A stretch of 64,000 nucleotides of DNA, from IMG/VR virus record IMGVR_UViG_3300031993_000010, positions 32,001 to 96,000 of that record; one strand, given 5' to 3'. Made by a program: the position numbers and the translations under genes. Below, one piece after another: positions 1 through 9,219 of the stretch (the stretch's first letter is position 1; the number at the start of each line of letters is the position of its first letter). The DNA comes from a virus. Taxonomy: Duplodnaviria; Caudoviricetes. The notes beneath the pieces were generated by a model. It did not search any database, was not told where the DNA came from, and saw nothing but the letters and a program-made list of their open reading frames with translations.

Positions 1-1989
1 TATCAAAAGGTCACCACATACAACTATTTCATGAAAGACTGTATGTTGAAAGAGGGTGGGACCTACACATACCGTACCTTAATAACTCTTTATTACAGAT
101 ATAAGGATGTTCTTGGTTCCGACCATCCGTTCATAATGTTCATGGATAAGGGTATTGGAAAAGAATACACTGACAAACATAGGTTAGGATTGGATAATGA
201 GGAAAAATATCCTGCCGTACCCGATTATATCTATCTCGGACAGGTGAGACAGGTACTTGAAACTTATCATAACTATCAGAAACTGAACAACTACTATATT
301 ACCCATTATCTCAACATGGGTCAGGAAAACAATTCCTTGAAACGTAAATCGAATGAATATGAACTGATGGGTGGTGATAAATTCACACGTTATTTAGAGA
401 AATTGGTTGAAAAGAGTGACAGGATTGCTAATGAATATCTGTGTTATTCGAACAACCGTGCATTTGACCTGTCGGTTGACTACTCTATCCCACTTTTCCA
501 ATCCCATAACGACTTGGGGTATCTGTCGTGTTATGTTAACGAGTTTGTTGCAGGCAACCAATACTATCATGGCGAATTGGTTACCTATAACGGCAGGACA
601 TACATCTGTATCCTTAACAGGTATGTTGAAGGCGGCAATAATTACGAATATGTAAAATGTAACAACAAATTCTATCGTTTGTTCAATAACACATATATTT
701 TGTTTGATGTCGGTTATCCGAATCTTGCTGACATAGAGCAGATGAGTGGCACGGAAGGAATATACGACCACAGGTATATGGATTATGACTATGTTTCTAT
801 TGGCGGTCTTTACTACAAGTGGAACGGTGCCATATATGATATTGTTAATGTAGTCGAATACACGACAGGTAAATGGAATAACGAGTTGGAACTAAATGAA
901 TTTGATTCACAGCATTTGGTACTTTTGTCTGAATATGCCAACGGTGAAAGCCAATGGTATTCGCAGGATAACACATACGGTAACAAATTTAAGATTTTTG
1001 TCGATGTTCAATCCATACCCGTTGAGTTTGTGCACAAATATATAAGGAAGAACGGAATTTTCTATATATGGGATGAGAGTCAGAACTGCTACATTCCTGA
1101 TGAAAACTTTTGTGAAAGATACACAATAAGCGGTATCGCTGACAGTCAGTTATCGTCTTTGAGGGTGTATGAGAACTATGTTGATGGTTCCAACGTGTAT
1201 GAGGAACCGAGTGACGGTGAAGATTGGCTATATTACTATAAAATAGGCAACACTGCGGCAGTAAGACTGTTGACCGACGAGCACAACAATATAAGGCGCA
1301 CAACGGATGTGCCGTTGGCTGCAGGAGATTATGCCATGGATTTGATGGCTTACGGAACCTATCTTATGGACATTACCTGTGACATAACCAATAAGAAACT
1401 CACATTCACATATGTGGTTAACGGTCATTTGAAGGCAAAGGTTGCCCAAGACAGTCCATTTGTCGATGAAGACGGAAACACGATTTACCATTATGAGGAT
1501 TTTGAGTTTGACTCTGAAGACACTCACGGAGTAGTATATACCGAAACCTATGATTATGACGACCTTGATATAGATACATTATATTTTAACCACACAATGG
1601 TTGACGGTGTGATGGTCAGTGATTTTAACCTTTATGTCAGTGGAAGAACCAACTTGATAGAAAACTATATGGTCAAGTATGGGTATAAGAAGTTCGTTTT
1701 CAAGACAAGCCCGCTTGTAGCAACAGCATCCTACTTCGACAATGATTTTGAATATAACTTTATATCGGGTCATTATACAGAAACCATTGAGAATGACCTC
1801 GATTATGTTTACTCACCGTTGTTCAAGAAGGATTATTTTGTGGGGTATTCGTATGAACCAACAGTGGAAAGCGACGTGCAGATTTCAAGGGGCAATGCAG
1901 GTGCGTTTGAACGCCATATCAAGTTATCTGAAGTCAAGACATTCGAAGATTTGAGTGACTATCCTTTTTTTATTTTGACTGAAGCATAG
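1..1989 (+). CDS. Virion structural protein (baseplate/tail region), 5'-truncated by the window edge
   Basis: Frame is open from base 1 to TAG at 1987-1989. The protein is Tyr/Asp/Asn-rich with repeated Y(I/V)xxxGxxYxW beta-hairpin motifs, and it is first in a run of large structural-type ORFs. Confidence 0.55.
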   Translation, partial: YQKVTTYNYFMKDCMLKEGGTYTYRTLITLYYRYKDVLGSDHPFIMFMDKGIGKEYTDKHRLGLDNEEKYPAVPDYIYLGQVRQVLETYHNYQKLNNYYITHYLNMGQENNSLKRKSNEYELMGGDKFTRYLEKLVEKSDRIANEYLCYSNNRAFDLSVDYSIPLFQSHNDLGYLSCYVNEFVAGNQYYHGELVTYNGRTYICILNRYVEGGNNYEYVKCNNKFYRLFNNTYILFDVGYPNLADIEQMSGTEGIYDHRYMDYDYVSIGGLYYKWNGAIYDIVNVVEYTTGKWNNELELNEFDSQHLVLLSEYANGESQWYSQDNTYGNKFKIFVDVQSIPVEFVHKYIRKNGIFYIWDESQNCYIPDENFCERYTISGIADSQLSSLRVYENYVDGSNVYEEPSDGEDWLYYYKIGNTAAVRLLTDEHNNIRRTTDVPLAAGDYAMDLMAYGTYLMDITCDITNKKLTFTYVVNGHLKAKVAQDSPFVDEDGNTIYHYEDFEFDSEDTHGVVYTETYDYDDLDIDTLYFNHTMVDGVMVSDFNLYVSGRTNLIENYMVKYGYKKFVFKTSPLVATASYFDNDFEYNFISGHYTETIENDLDYVYSPLFKKDYFVGYSYEPTVESDVQISRGNAGAFERHIKLSEVKTFEDLSDYPFFILTEA

Positions 1990-2046
1990 ACATTGTATTC
2001 AAAAACAGAAAAAGTTATATTTATCTATAAGATAATACGACTTTCA

Positions 2047-2961
2047 ATGGCAAATAATACATATGGTATAGTAAGGGCGGCTTTGGTGACGCCAGACGAT
2101 GTTGAGATTTTCTATTCGTACAGACCAACAAGAAACAGTGAAGACGATTCTTTCAAGGATTGGCGAAAGATTGAGGATGTTTCATCCATTTTCTCCAATA
2201 GCAAGTTGGAGAATTCGGAAGTGGCGGATTTACGCCTTCCTGGTATGTATAACCTAAACCTCCCCGTATCCCTTTTTGGAAAAAGCGGGTATTATACCAT
2301 ATATATCCGCCCCAAGGAGTATATGTTCACAATAAAGGATGTAGGCTCATTGGCAGCATTTCCTGAAATCAGGGGTATTGTCCTTGACATGAACGAAATC
2401 GTTGAGAACAGGGGTATTTTTGCTGATGATAACCTTGTGGGTTACAGGGTTGAATATTTCAACTATGAAAGTTCGGGGCTTATGCGTCAGGATTATTACC
2501 GTATTGTGACAAGCAACAATTTCTGTGAACCCGTCTCACAAAACCTCACAACCGCAAACACTAACTCAAACGGCTACAGGTACAATACAAGCGGCACACT
2601 GTGCTTTATAACGCTCACCCCTTCAACAAGCCCTTCGTTTAAACCGAATGCAACACCTTATATCGGTGTACCGAACCAAAGGATTCTTTTAATAAACACA
2701 AAGTTCGACCCTGTGGCAATTGAGGTGAATATGGTTGACCATGACATTGAGACGCTGAGTTACATGATTGAGGGTGAACAGGTCAGAAACCTTGACAACG
2801 GCAGGCTTACCCATTATAACTTTGACGGTGAGATATACAAGCAGTTCGAGTTCAGCACTGTTAAGGATAACTATACACAACGTTCTGTTGCCGAGGTTAA
2901 ACAGGATGTCAGTGACGCTGTGGACAACAGCCTTGATTTAAATACCCTTAAAAACGTCTAA
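2047..2961 (+). CDS. Conserved jumbo-phage structural (baseplate-like) protein
   Basis: ATG at 2047 (MANNTYG) follows the ATATTTAT motif at 2017-2024; beta-rich; the ORF-track TTG start at 1993 is probably too long. Confidence 0.5.
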   Translation: MANNTYGIVRAALVTPDDVEIFYSYRPTRNSEDDSFKDWRKIEDVSSIFSNSKLENSEVADLRLPGMYNLNLPVSLFGKSGYYTIYIRPKEYMFTIKDVGSLAAFPEIRGIVLDMNEIVENRGIFADDNLVGYRVEYFNYESSGLMRQDYYRIVTSNNFCEPVSQNLTTANTNSNGYRYNTSGTLCFITLTPSTSPSFKPNATPYIGVPNQRILLINTKFDPVAIEVNMVDHDIETLSYMIEGEQVRNLDNGRLTHYNFDGEIYKQFEFSTVKDNYTQRSVAEVKQDVSDAVDNSLDLNTLKNV

Positions 2962-2969
2962 TAGCCATT

Positions 2970-5900
2970 ATGCCTAGATACAGCAAAACACATAGTAATT
3001 ACGTAAAGCAGAAGAAACATCAGGATGTAACCGACGGATATATTTTCTCAAGGGATTGGGTAACGTTTGGAAATCTACACAGGTTGGAGCCTGGTAAGAA
3101 ACCGTTTTTCGGTGATTCCAATTTCATTTTCACCGACAACAGCACACCTGTATATGAGAAGAAGAGGGGTTATGGAAAATGGGTTGCCCGTTTTGTGTAT
3201 GATGATGTCAAGGATGCTGTAGGTGACGTAAATGAGGTCAGGGTAAACACAAACAGCAACGACCTGCGTTCATATGCGTATTACGGTTCAATGGTTGACC
3301 TGATACGTGTGACGATTGAGGACATTATAATGAATTTCCCTGCAAGGCTGTATTCAATAAACGAAAACCTCTTCCTGATAGATGGCGGTAATGAGTGGGT
3401 TGATACAGGTAGAAAGAAACTGTCCAACCAATTTTCAATAGACCTGCACAGTGAGGGGATATTGCTTGAGAATAATGAAAACGAACTGCGTTATCTGAGT
3501 GTTTCTTGGGACAAATACAATATTGTCAGGTACGACGGTGACGAAAGACTGTCCGAGGAAAATATAGTTTCATACGACATACTTCCACCTGACGTCGAGG
3601 TGTATAACGCTTACAAATACCATGAACAGGGATATAATTTCCTTGTGTATCAGAATCATCTTTTGAAATGGGACAATGGGACACACAGGTATATCGAAAT
3701 CGAGTATGTGACCGAGTGTCACAACTATTTTGAAAGTTGTGGTGACTATCTTCGTTATGACGGTGTCTTCTACAGGTGGGATGCGGAGAACGGTGAATAC
3801 GTGAAACTGCATTACTATGAAATCTGCGACGACAACTACCAAAAGATAGCGACCATCAGGATTGCTACCGAGGAAAACGTGTATTTCGTGTATGCGTACC
3901 GTATAAACGGCATTGTATATTATGCCTGCGCATATGAAGGTTTCTCAATCGAACCGAAACAGGAACTGATTGAGTCTTACTTCAACAACATTGACGGGTT
4001 AGCCAAGAAACTTCTCAGCAGAAACAGGATACCGTTGTACACGGCAAGGCTGTCCACACCATATGAGACCATGAGTGGCATGTACCTGTTCACGGACAGG
4101 GATTACACATGGCCTTCAGACGGATACTGCATCGACATTGGAAGCCCGAGTTACCTGTCATATCTCGACAGGCTTATGGACATGGCTGAGAAGTATGACA
4201 AGGTGTACAGCGACTGCATATGGCGTTGCATGACACACGAGACCATCAAGAATTTCGATTGGACATACAGACGTGAATACAGTGAGAACGACGCCTTGGA
4301 GAATATTGAGGGTGGACAGAGGATGGAGGAACTGCTTCATTTCTACGGTTACGTCTATGATACCGCCAAACGTTATGTTGACGGCATAAAGATGACCAAC
4401 AAGATTTCCTATGACGGTTACGACAACTGTGCCGATGCTGAGATTTCAGACAAGAACAACGCCAAAGGTTGGGATATTGTGTCAACAATATGGGAACCGT
4501 GCTACTACGAGCCGTATGACTGCAGCGGGGTTGAGACGGGAATTGACTATGTTTTCACACCGAAGTGCTTCGAAAGCAAATTTACGTTTGAGAATGACGA
4601 TTGCCTGTCCGTGGCATATGAAGGAAAAGATATAATATGCATTTCTCCAATTAGGAAGGGTGATGGCAATGAATATGAGATTTATGGGGGTAAACTTCCA
4701 ATTGTGTGGAATCCTAATTGTGCTACTGATATTGTGTTTGGTTGGATTGAAACACCCGATGGGAAAAGATATGTGACACATTACCGCATAGTAGATAAGA
4801 AAACAGGTGATATTATTGCTGAAGGTGATGTCAATGGGGTGGATGTATTCACTTTTGATATGTCAGGAATTCCATCGGGCGACTATGTAGTTTATTTGAC
4901 GTTTAGTGGCGGTGAGTCTGATTCATGGGTGATTGTTAAACAAGAATCCCAAAAATCCTGTGATGAATGCGATGATATATGGAAAGCAATGACAGAGGTG
5001 TGCGAGAAGAATAAGACATTACCTTTGATTATACAGAATAACTGTAATGACAAATACTATAAATTAGGCACGAAAAAATGGGTTGACGAAGAGTATGTAA
5101 ACGAGTTTCCGATGGCAGGTAACTGTTATGAAATAAACGCTATGATGCCGCACCCGTGTATTTGCGATGAGGTTTCATTCAAAATCGGTTGTGGTGTATT
5201 TATGCTTGACTGTAATGGTGTTGGCAAAGATATTGAAACACCAAAAATGTGTGAGACAACCAAATTTGACTATTACAGTGAAACTGACACAATTCTTGTG
5301 GCATGGGACAGTTATCACTACACTCCTCCGCAAACATGTAAATTAACACATAATAACGAGGTTGTAATAAACAACATTCCCATAAACACATGGCAGGAAA
5401 ACAACGATTATTGGGGTAGAATAACACTGAATACCGAATTATTGACTGAAAGTGAGTATGTGATTGAGGTTGAATATAATAGCACTTGCAAATTGTATTT
5501 TCAGATTTTCAACGTTGGACCGTTGTCTGTTGTTGTAAGACGTGAAGAATCCTTACAGGATTGTTCGATACATCCTATAGCGGTGGGGTTAAGGCACCAA
5601 TATGATTCGGAAACAAATACACTGTCGATATGGTTTGAAGAGGGAAGTGTGCATGTTTCAGGCATTAAGTTTGCCATTTTTGATTCAAATGATATTTGTG
5701 TCTATCCTACAACCTCTCTTACAAGCGAACCCGTGGTTTTGGAGATGAACGAGTATCCCGACGACGAGTATTACATGGTGTTTTATGAGAAAGAGGGTAT
5801 GTATAACATTTGCGTCACAATCACAAAGGACAACTATTCACATATAATACCCGACTACTGCATAACAGAAGGCGGAATGACGTTTACACCTTATCCGTGC

Positions 5901-8900
5901 CTGCCCGCCGAGGCAAACAAACTCGACGACCAATATATCAGTGTCGGATGCGGTCCTGATGCGCTTTACTATGAGAAAAAATGCAACGACCCCTCAAAGG
6001 AAATGTTGACATACGACTTCTTTGACGGAAAATGTACCGAAAAGGAAACAAGTTATGTGATAGAGACAGGTGAGTGTGTCGCCTTTGATGAGGATGAAGA
6101 TGAAATACACTTGATACCTTCATGCAACAGTGTATATGGCAGTGGTTTTTACACATATACCGTAGCTCAAGATTGGGGAAGCGGTATAGGCATAGAATTT
6201 AATTATGATTGTGTAAATGGTACAGTAACTTTTAATTTTAATTTGAAAGACCCTAACACCGACCCGTTACCAATATCTTATACCATTGAAACCAAGGATG
6301 GAACTACTCTTGTTATGTCAGGTGACATTGAGAACAATCCCGTGACAATCGATTTGTCAAGCCTGCAGGTGGGTGGATATACTATCCGTTTTTGCGGAGA
6401 TGTTAATTGTAAAAAATATGTTGATATACAGTATCTTGGAAAATATGAAGAGGAATGTCAAGGTTGTCAAGACTATTGGAACAAAATTAAAAAAGAGTGT
6501 GGTGGGGACGAAAAAATTCCTTATATCATACAGGATGCCGACAATCCATCCCGTTTCTATAACGTAGATAACAGTGAATGGGGTAATGAAAAGTTTGTTT
6601 TTGATTTTTGGAACGGTGGCAGTGGTATTTACGTTGGGAAGGAAGATTTGTTCGGTGATGGGTGTACAAAGAACGTTGTTGTGAAACTTGACTGTGGCGG
6701 TTGCTTCGAGATTGTCAATTGTACCGCAATAGGTGTTGATGACCCTGACGAAATAAATGAAATGTGTAAAAAACTTTTCAATTTCAAGGTTTTTGTTAAG
6801 GGTAATTTGCTTATAATTGATTGGGCTGCAAATACATCGTGTGTGCATTATATCATTAAGAATAATAATGACGAAGTTATTGTTGAAGAATATGGGCATT
6901 TTACTAAACCTTTGGGGATTGATTTGACTATACTTACTGAAAATGGGTATACTATAGAGATGGACTTTGACCGATTATCCATGACAATGGCAATAGACAT
7001 TGAAAAATGCCATGCCAACGAAACCTTCATAAGTCTTGTTGAAACGACACATGATTCAACTCCCATGATAGTCAAGGAGACTCCTTGGATAAACTACAGT
7101 CAGAGAAGCACAAGACACCTTGCATATGTCGAGTTAAGCGGCAATCCATCTTGTGACCTTGGAGATGACGAGTGGGATGAAAGCAACACGTTTTCAAGTG
7201 TGCCATATGTAATCAGTGAGGCAAGCCCACGTTTCATAAGGGTGGTGAACAACTACACAACGAGGTACTATATGCTGTCCGATGCGGGAATAGACCATAG
7301 ACCGTATACCCACGACAGGTGGTATTCGGCAATCAACCCGAACTCTGTGACACCTCTCAGTTGCGACATTGACTATCAGAGAAGACTTAACCTTTCCACC
7401 AACAGGATATTCAAGACAAAGGGTACGAAACATGCAATTGACATGGTGATGGGTCTCTTTGGTTATGGAAGGAACAACAAATCTGAACTGCATTGCAACA
7501 GTGACTATGCGCTTTGGGAAATGTGTACCTTCTCAACCATGAAGGGATATGACGACGCCTTCTATTTCTATGAACTGTTGGATGATGCGCCCGACCATGA
7601 GTTCACTGAAAATGAAACTTACCAATCACTTCCGTTGTGGAACGGTGAGTGGAGTTCCGAATACATACGTGTCGGCAGTAACGATATATACACATATTTC
7701 AGGCTTAACAGTGAATATACAGTCAGCGAGGCAATAAGGCAACTCTACCTTCACAGGACAAGCGAGAAGATGTACAACGATTGGTACACAGGTGTTCCGA
7801 TTGGTGACTATTATGAGGGTAATACACATTACGTGATACCGTATTACGATAAGAAGCGGGTGTATGAAGGCAACCTCTATTTCCAACAGAAGGGTGGATG
7901 GGGTAGGATGCCTGAAATATTCGGAATGAGCGACGACAGTCAGGTTGAATGGATGGAAACCGTACCTTACCTGCACGTTCTTCCGTCAGTTGAAGACCTG
8001 TTGTCGGTACTCTCCATTGACTTGCGTCAGGATGACATCTATTATGTTGCTGATTTGATGGATTATGTCAATTTTGACGAGGATGTACCTTACAACCTTT
8101 CACATTTTTTCAAGATAAACGACAGATACAATCCACAGAGATTTTCATCGTGGCTGAACGTGCCTATGACGGGTGAGATTGTTTACAACAAGAACTACAA
8201 TGTGGACGGTGTAACACATGACGACTATGTTCATGCGAAATATCTTGCTGATATAGTTTCAACATCACTGTTCAACAATCCTCACATTGGTTACGGCGAC
8301 TATGACATGGGTAGGGATTACCTCAACTATATGTTCACACCATATAAGTACAGTGTCGACAATTACTATTTCGACAACATGAAGTACAATTATATGGCGC
8401 AGCAAATGGTATTCGATATGGAATCAATACCGTTCAGGGACGGTTTGGCGGGGTATATGATGACACCTGACCCTGGTATTGATGATATTCCTGTATTTGA
8501 TGATGTTCCGTCACGGTATGACACAACATGGGATATGCCTGAATATATCAAAGTGTGGTGGGGTTACGGCTACAACTACTTCAAGAGGGTTGAGTTTGAC
8601 AAGGTTGAGAACAGGGTTAACGGCAACCTGATACCGAATGATTTATATATCTTGAACGACAAGGTATTGGTGCTTCAGAACTTGAACAATAATGTCTATC
8701 ATAGGCAATATATGAAGGATGTTGTCTTAAAATATGTGTTGCAGGTCATACCGTCGACCACAATTTTGATGTTAACAGGTTTTGATTCTAATGCAAACTG
8801 CTGTCTCACATACTATAATTTGTCTGTTGAGCCATCCAACCCAGAGTATGGAAACGTGTACGGTGGAGGTAGGTATCTGACAACAACATATGCTGTGCTT

Positions 8901-9197
8901 GTGGCTGAGGAAAATGAGGGATACCATTTTGTCAGATGGGAAAAGGTGGGTGAAGATAAAAATACTGTTGTCGTGTCAGAGAATAGCACAGTACAGGTCT
9001 TAGTTTGTGAGAACGATACGTACATTGCGGTGTTCGAGGAAGACTGTATCATAACCGCAGGCTGCAAGACAACGTGTAAGATGACGTTTGAATGTGAGAC
9101 ACAGGAACCGTGCGCCACTGTATTCCTGTGTGAGACCGAGGAACAGTGTGATGTCAATTTTACCTGCACATTGCCTGACAGTACAGGTTCAATATAA
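2970..9197 (+). CDS. Giant baseplate/tail protein (2075 aa) with internally duplicated DUF3244/Ig-like modules and a C-terminal divergent InlB-B (Flg_new_2-like) repeat
   Basis: IFKTKGTKHAIDMVMGLFG resembles the baseplate-wedge/tail-sheath-adjacent motif; C-terminal YGNVYGGG...EGYHFVRW repeat; about five Ig-like modules in the middle. Confidence 0.6.
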   Translation: MPRYSKTHSNYVKQKKHQDVTDGYIFSRDWVTFGNLHRLEPGKKPFFGDSNFIFTDNSTPVYEKKRGYGKWVARFVYDDVKDAVGDVNEVRVNTNSNDLRSYAYYGSMVDLIRVTIEDIIMNFPARLYSINENLFLIDGGNEWVDTGRKKLSNQFSIDLHSEGILLENNENELRYLSVSWDKYNIVRYDGDERLSEENIVSYDILPPDVEVYNAYKYHEQGYNFLVYQNHLLKWDNGTHRYIEIEYVTECHNYFESCGDYLRYDGVFYRWDAENGEYVKLHYYEICDDNYQKIATIRIATEENVYFVYAYRINGIVYYACAYEGFSIEPKQELIESYFNNIDGLAKKLLSRNRIPLYTARLSTPYETMSGMYLFTDRDYTWPSDGYCIDIGSPSYLSYLDRLMDMAEKYDKVYSDCIWRCMTHETIKNFDWTYRREYSENDALENIEGGQRMEELLHFYGYVYDTAKRYVDGIKMTNKISYDGYDNCADAEISDKNNAKGWDIVSTIWEPCYYEPYDCSGVETGIDYVFTPKCFESKFTFENDDCLSVAYEGKDIICISPIRKGDGNEYEIYGGKLPIVWNPNCATDIVFGWIETPDGKRYVTHYRIVDKKTGDIIAEGDVNGVDVFTFDMSGIPSGDYVVYLTFSGGESDSWVIVKQESQKSCDECDDIWKAMTEVCEKNKTLPLIIQNNCNDKYYKLGTKKWVDEEYVNEFPMAGNCYEINAMMPHPCICDEVSFKIGCGVFMLDCNGVGKDIETPKMCETTKFDYYSETDTILVAWDSYHYTPPQTCKLTHNNEVVINNIPINTWQENNDYWGRITLNTELLTESEYVIEVEYNSTCKLYFQIFNVGPLSVVVRREESLQDCSIHPIAVGLRHQYDSETNTLSIWFEEGSVHVSGIKFAIFDSNDICVYPTTSLTSEPVVLEMNEYPDDEYYMVFYEKEGMYNICVTITKDNYSHIIPDYCITEGGMTFTPYPCLPAEANKLDDQYISVGCGPDALYYEKKCNDPSKEMLTYDFFDGKCTEKETSYVIETGECVAFDEDEDEIHLIPSCNSVYGSGFYTYTVAQDWGSGIGIEFNYDCVNGTVTFNFNLKDPNTDPLPISYTIETKDGTTLVMSGDIENNPVTIDLSSLQVGGYTIRFCGDVNCKKYVDIQYLGKYEEECQGCQDYWNKIKKECGGDEKIPYIIQDADNPSRFYNVDNSEWGNEKFVFDFWNGGSGIYVGKEDLFGDGCTKNVVVKLDCGGCFEIVNCTAIGVDDPDEINEMCKKLFNFKVFVKGNLLIIDWAANTSCVHYIIKNNNDEVIVEEYGHFTKPLGIDLTILTENGYTIEMDFDRLSMTMAIDIEKCHANETFISLVETTHDSTPMIVKETPWINYSQRSTRHLAYVELSGNPSCDLGDDEWDESNTFSSVPYVISEASPRFIRVVNNYTTRYYMLSDAGIDHRPYTHDRWYSAINPNSVTPLSCDIDYQRRLNLSTNRIFKTKGTKHAIDMVMGLFGYGRNNKSELHCNSDYALWEMCTFSTMKGYDDAFYFYELLDDAPDHEFTENETYQSLPLWNGEWSSEYIRVGSNDIYTYFRLNSEYTVSEAIRQLYLHRTSEKMYNDWYTGVPIGDYYEGNTHYVIPYYDKKRVYEGNLYFQQKGGWGRMPEIFGMSDDSQVEWMETVPYLHVLPSVEDLLSVLSIDLRQDDIYYVADLMDYVNFDEDVPYNLSHFFKINDRYNPQRFSSWLNVPMTGEIVYNKNYNVDGVTHDDYVHAKYLADIVSTSLFNNPHIGYGDYDMGRDYLNYMFTPYKYSVDNYYFDNMKYNYMAQQMVFDMESIPFRDGLAGYMMTPDPGIDDIPVFDDVPSRYDTTWDMPEYIKVWWGYGYNYFKRVEFDKVENRVNGNLIPNDLYILNDKVLVLQNLNNNVYHRQYMKDVVLKYVLQVIPSTTILMLTGFDSNANCCLTYYNLSVEPSNPEYGNVYGGGRYLTTTYAVLVAEENEGYHFVRWEKVGEDKNTVVVSENSTVQVLVCENDTYIAVFEEDCIITAGCKTTCKMTFECETQEPCATVFLCETEEQCDVNFTCTLPDSTGSI

Positions 9198-9219
9198 ATT
9201 ATAAAACAAAAATCCGATA

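Noticed and set aside
1-2961. TAG-to-Gln recoding (code 15, as in Lak/crAss-like phages) fusing 1..1989 with the in-frame downstream ORF
   Set aside because: Very long ORFs (2075, 1020 and 834 aa) have no internal TAG, many genes end cleanly in TAG, and the spacer contains a promoter motif; the open frame is probably chance.
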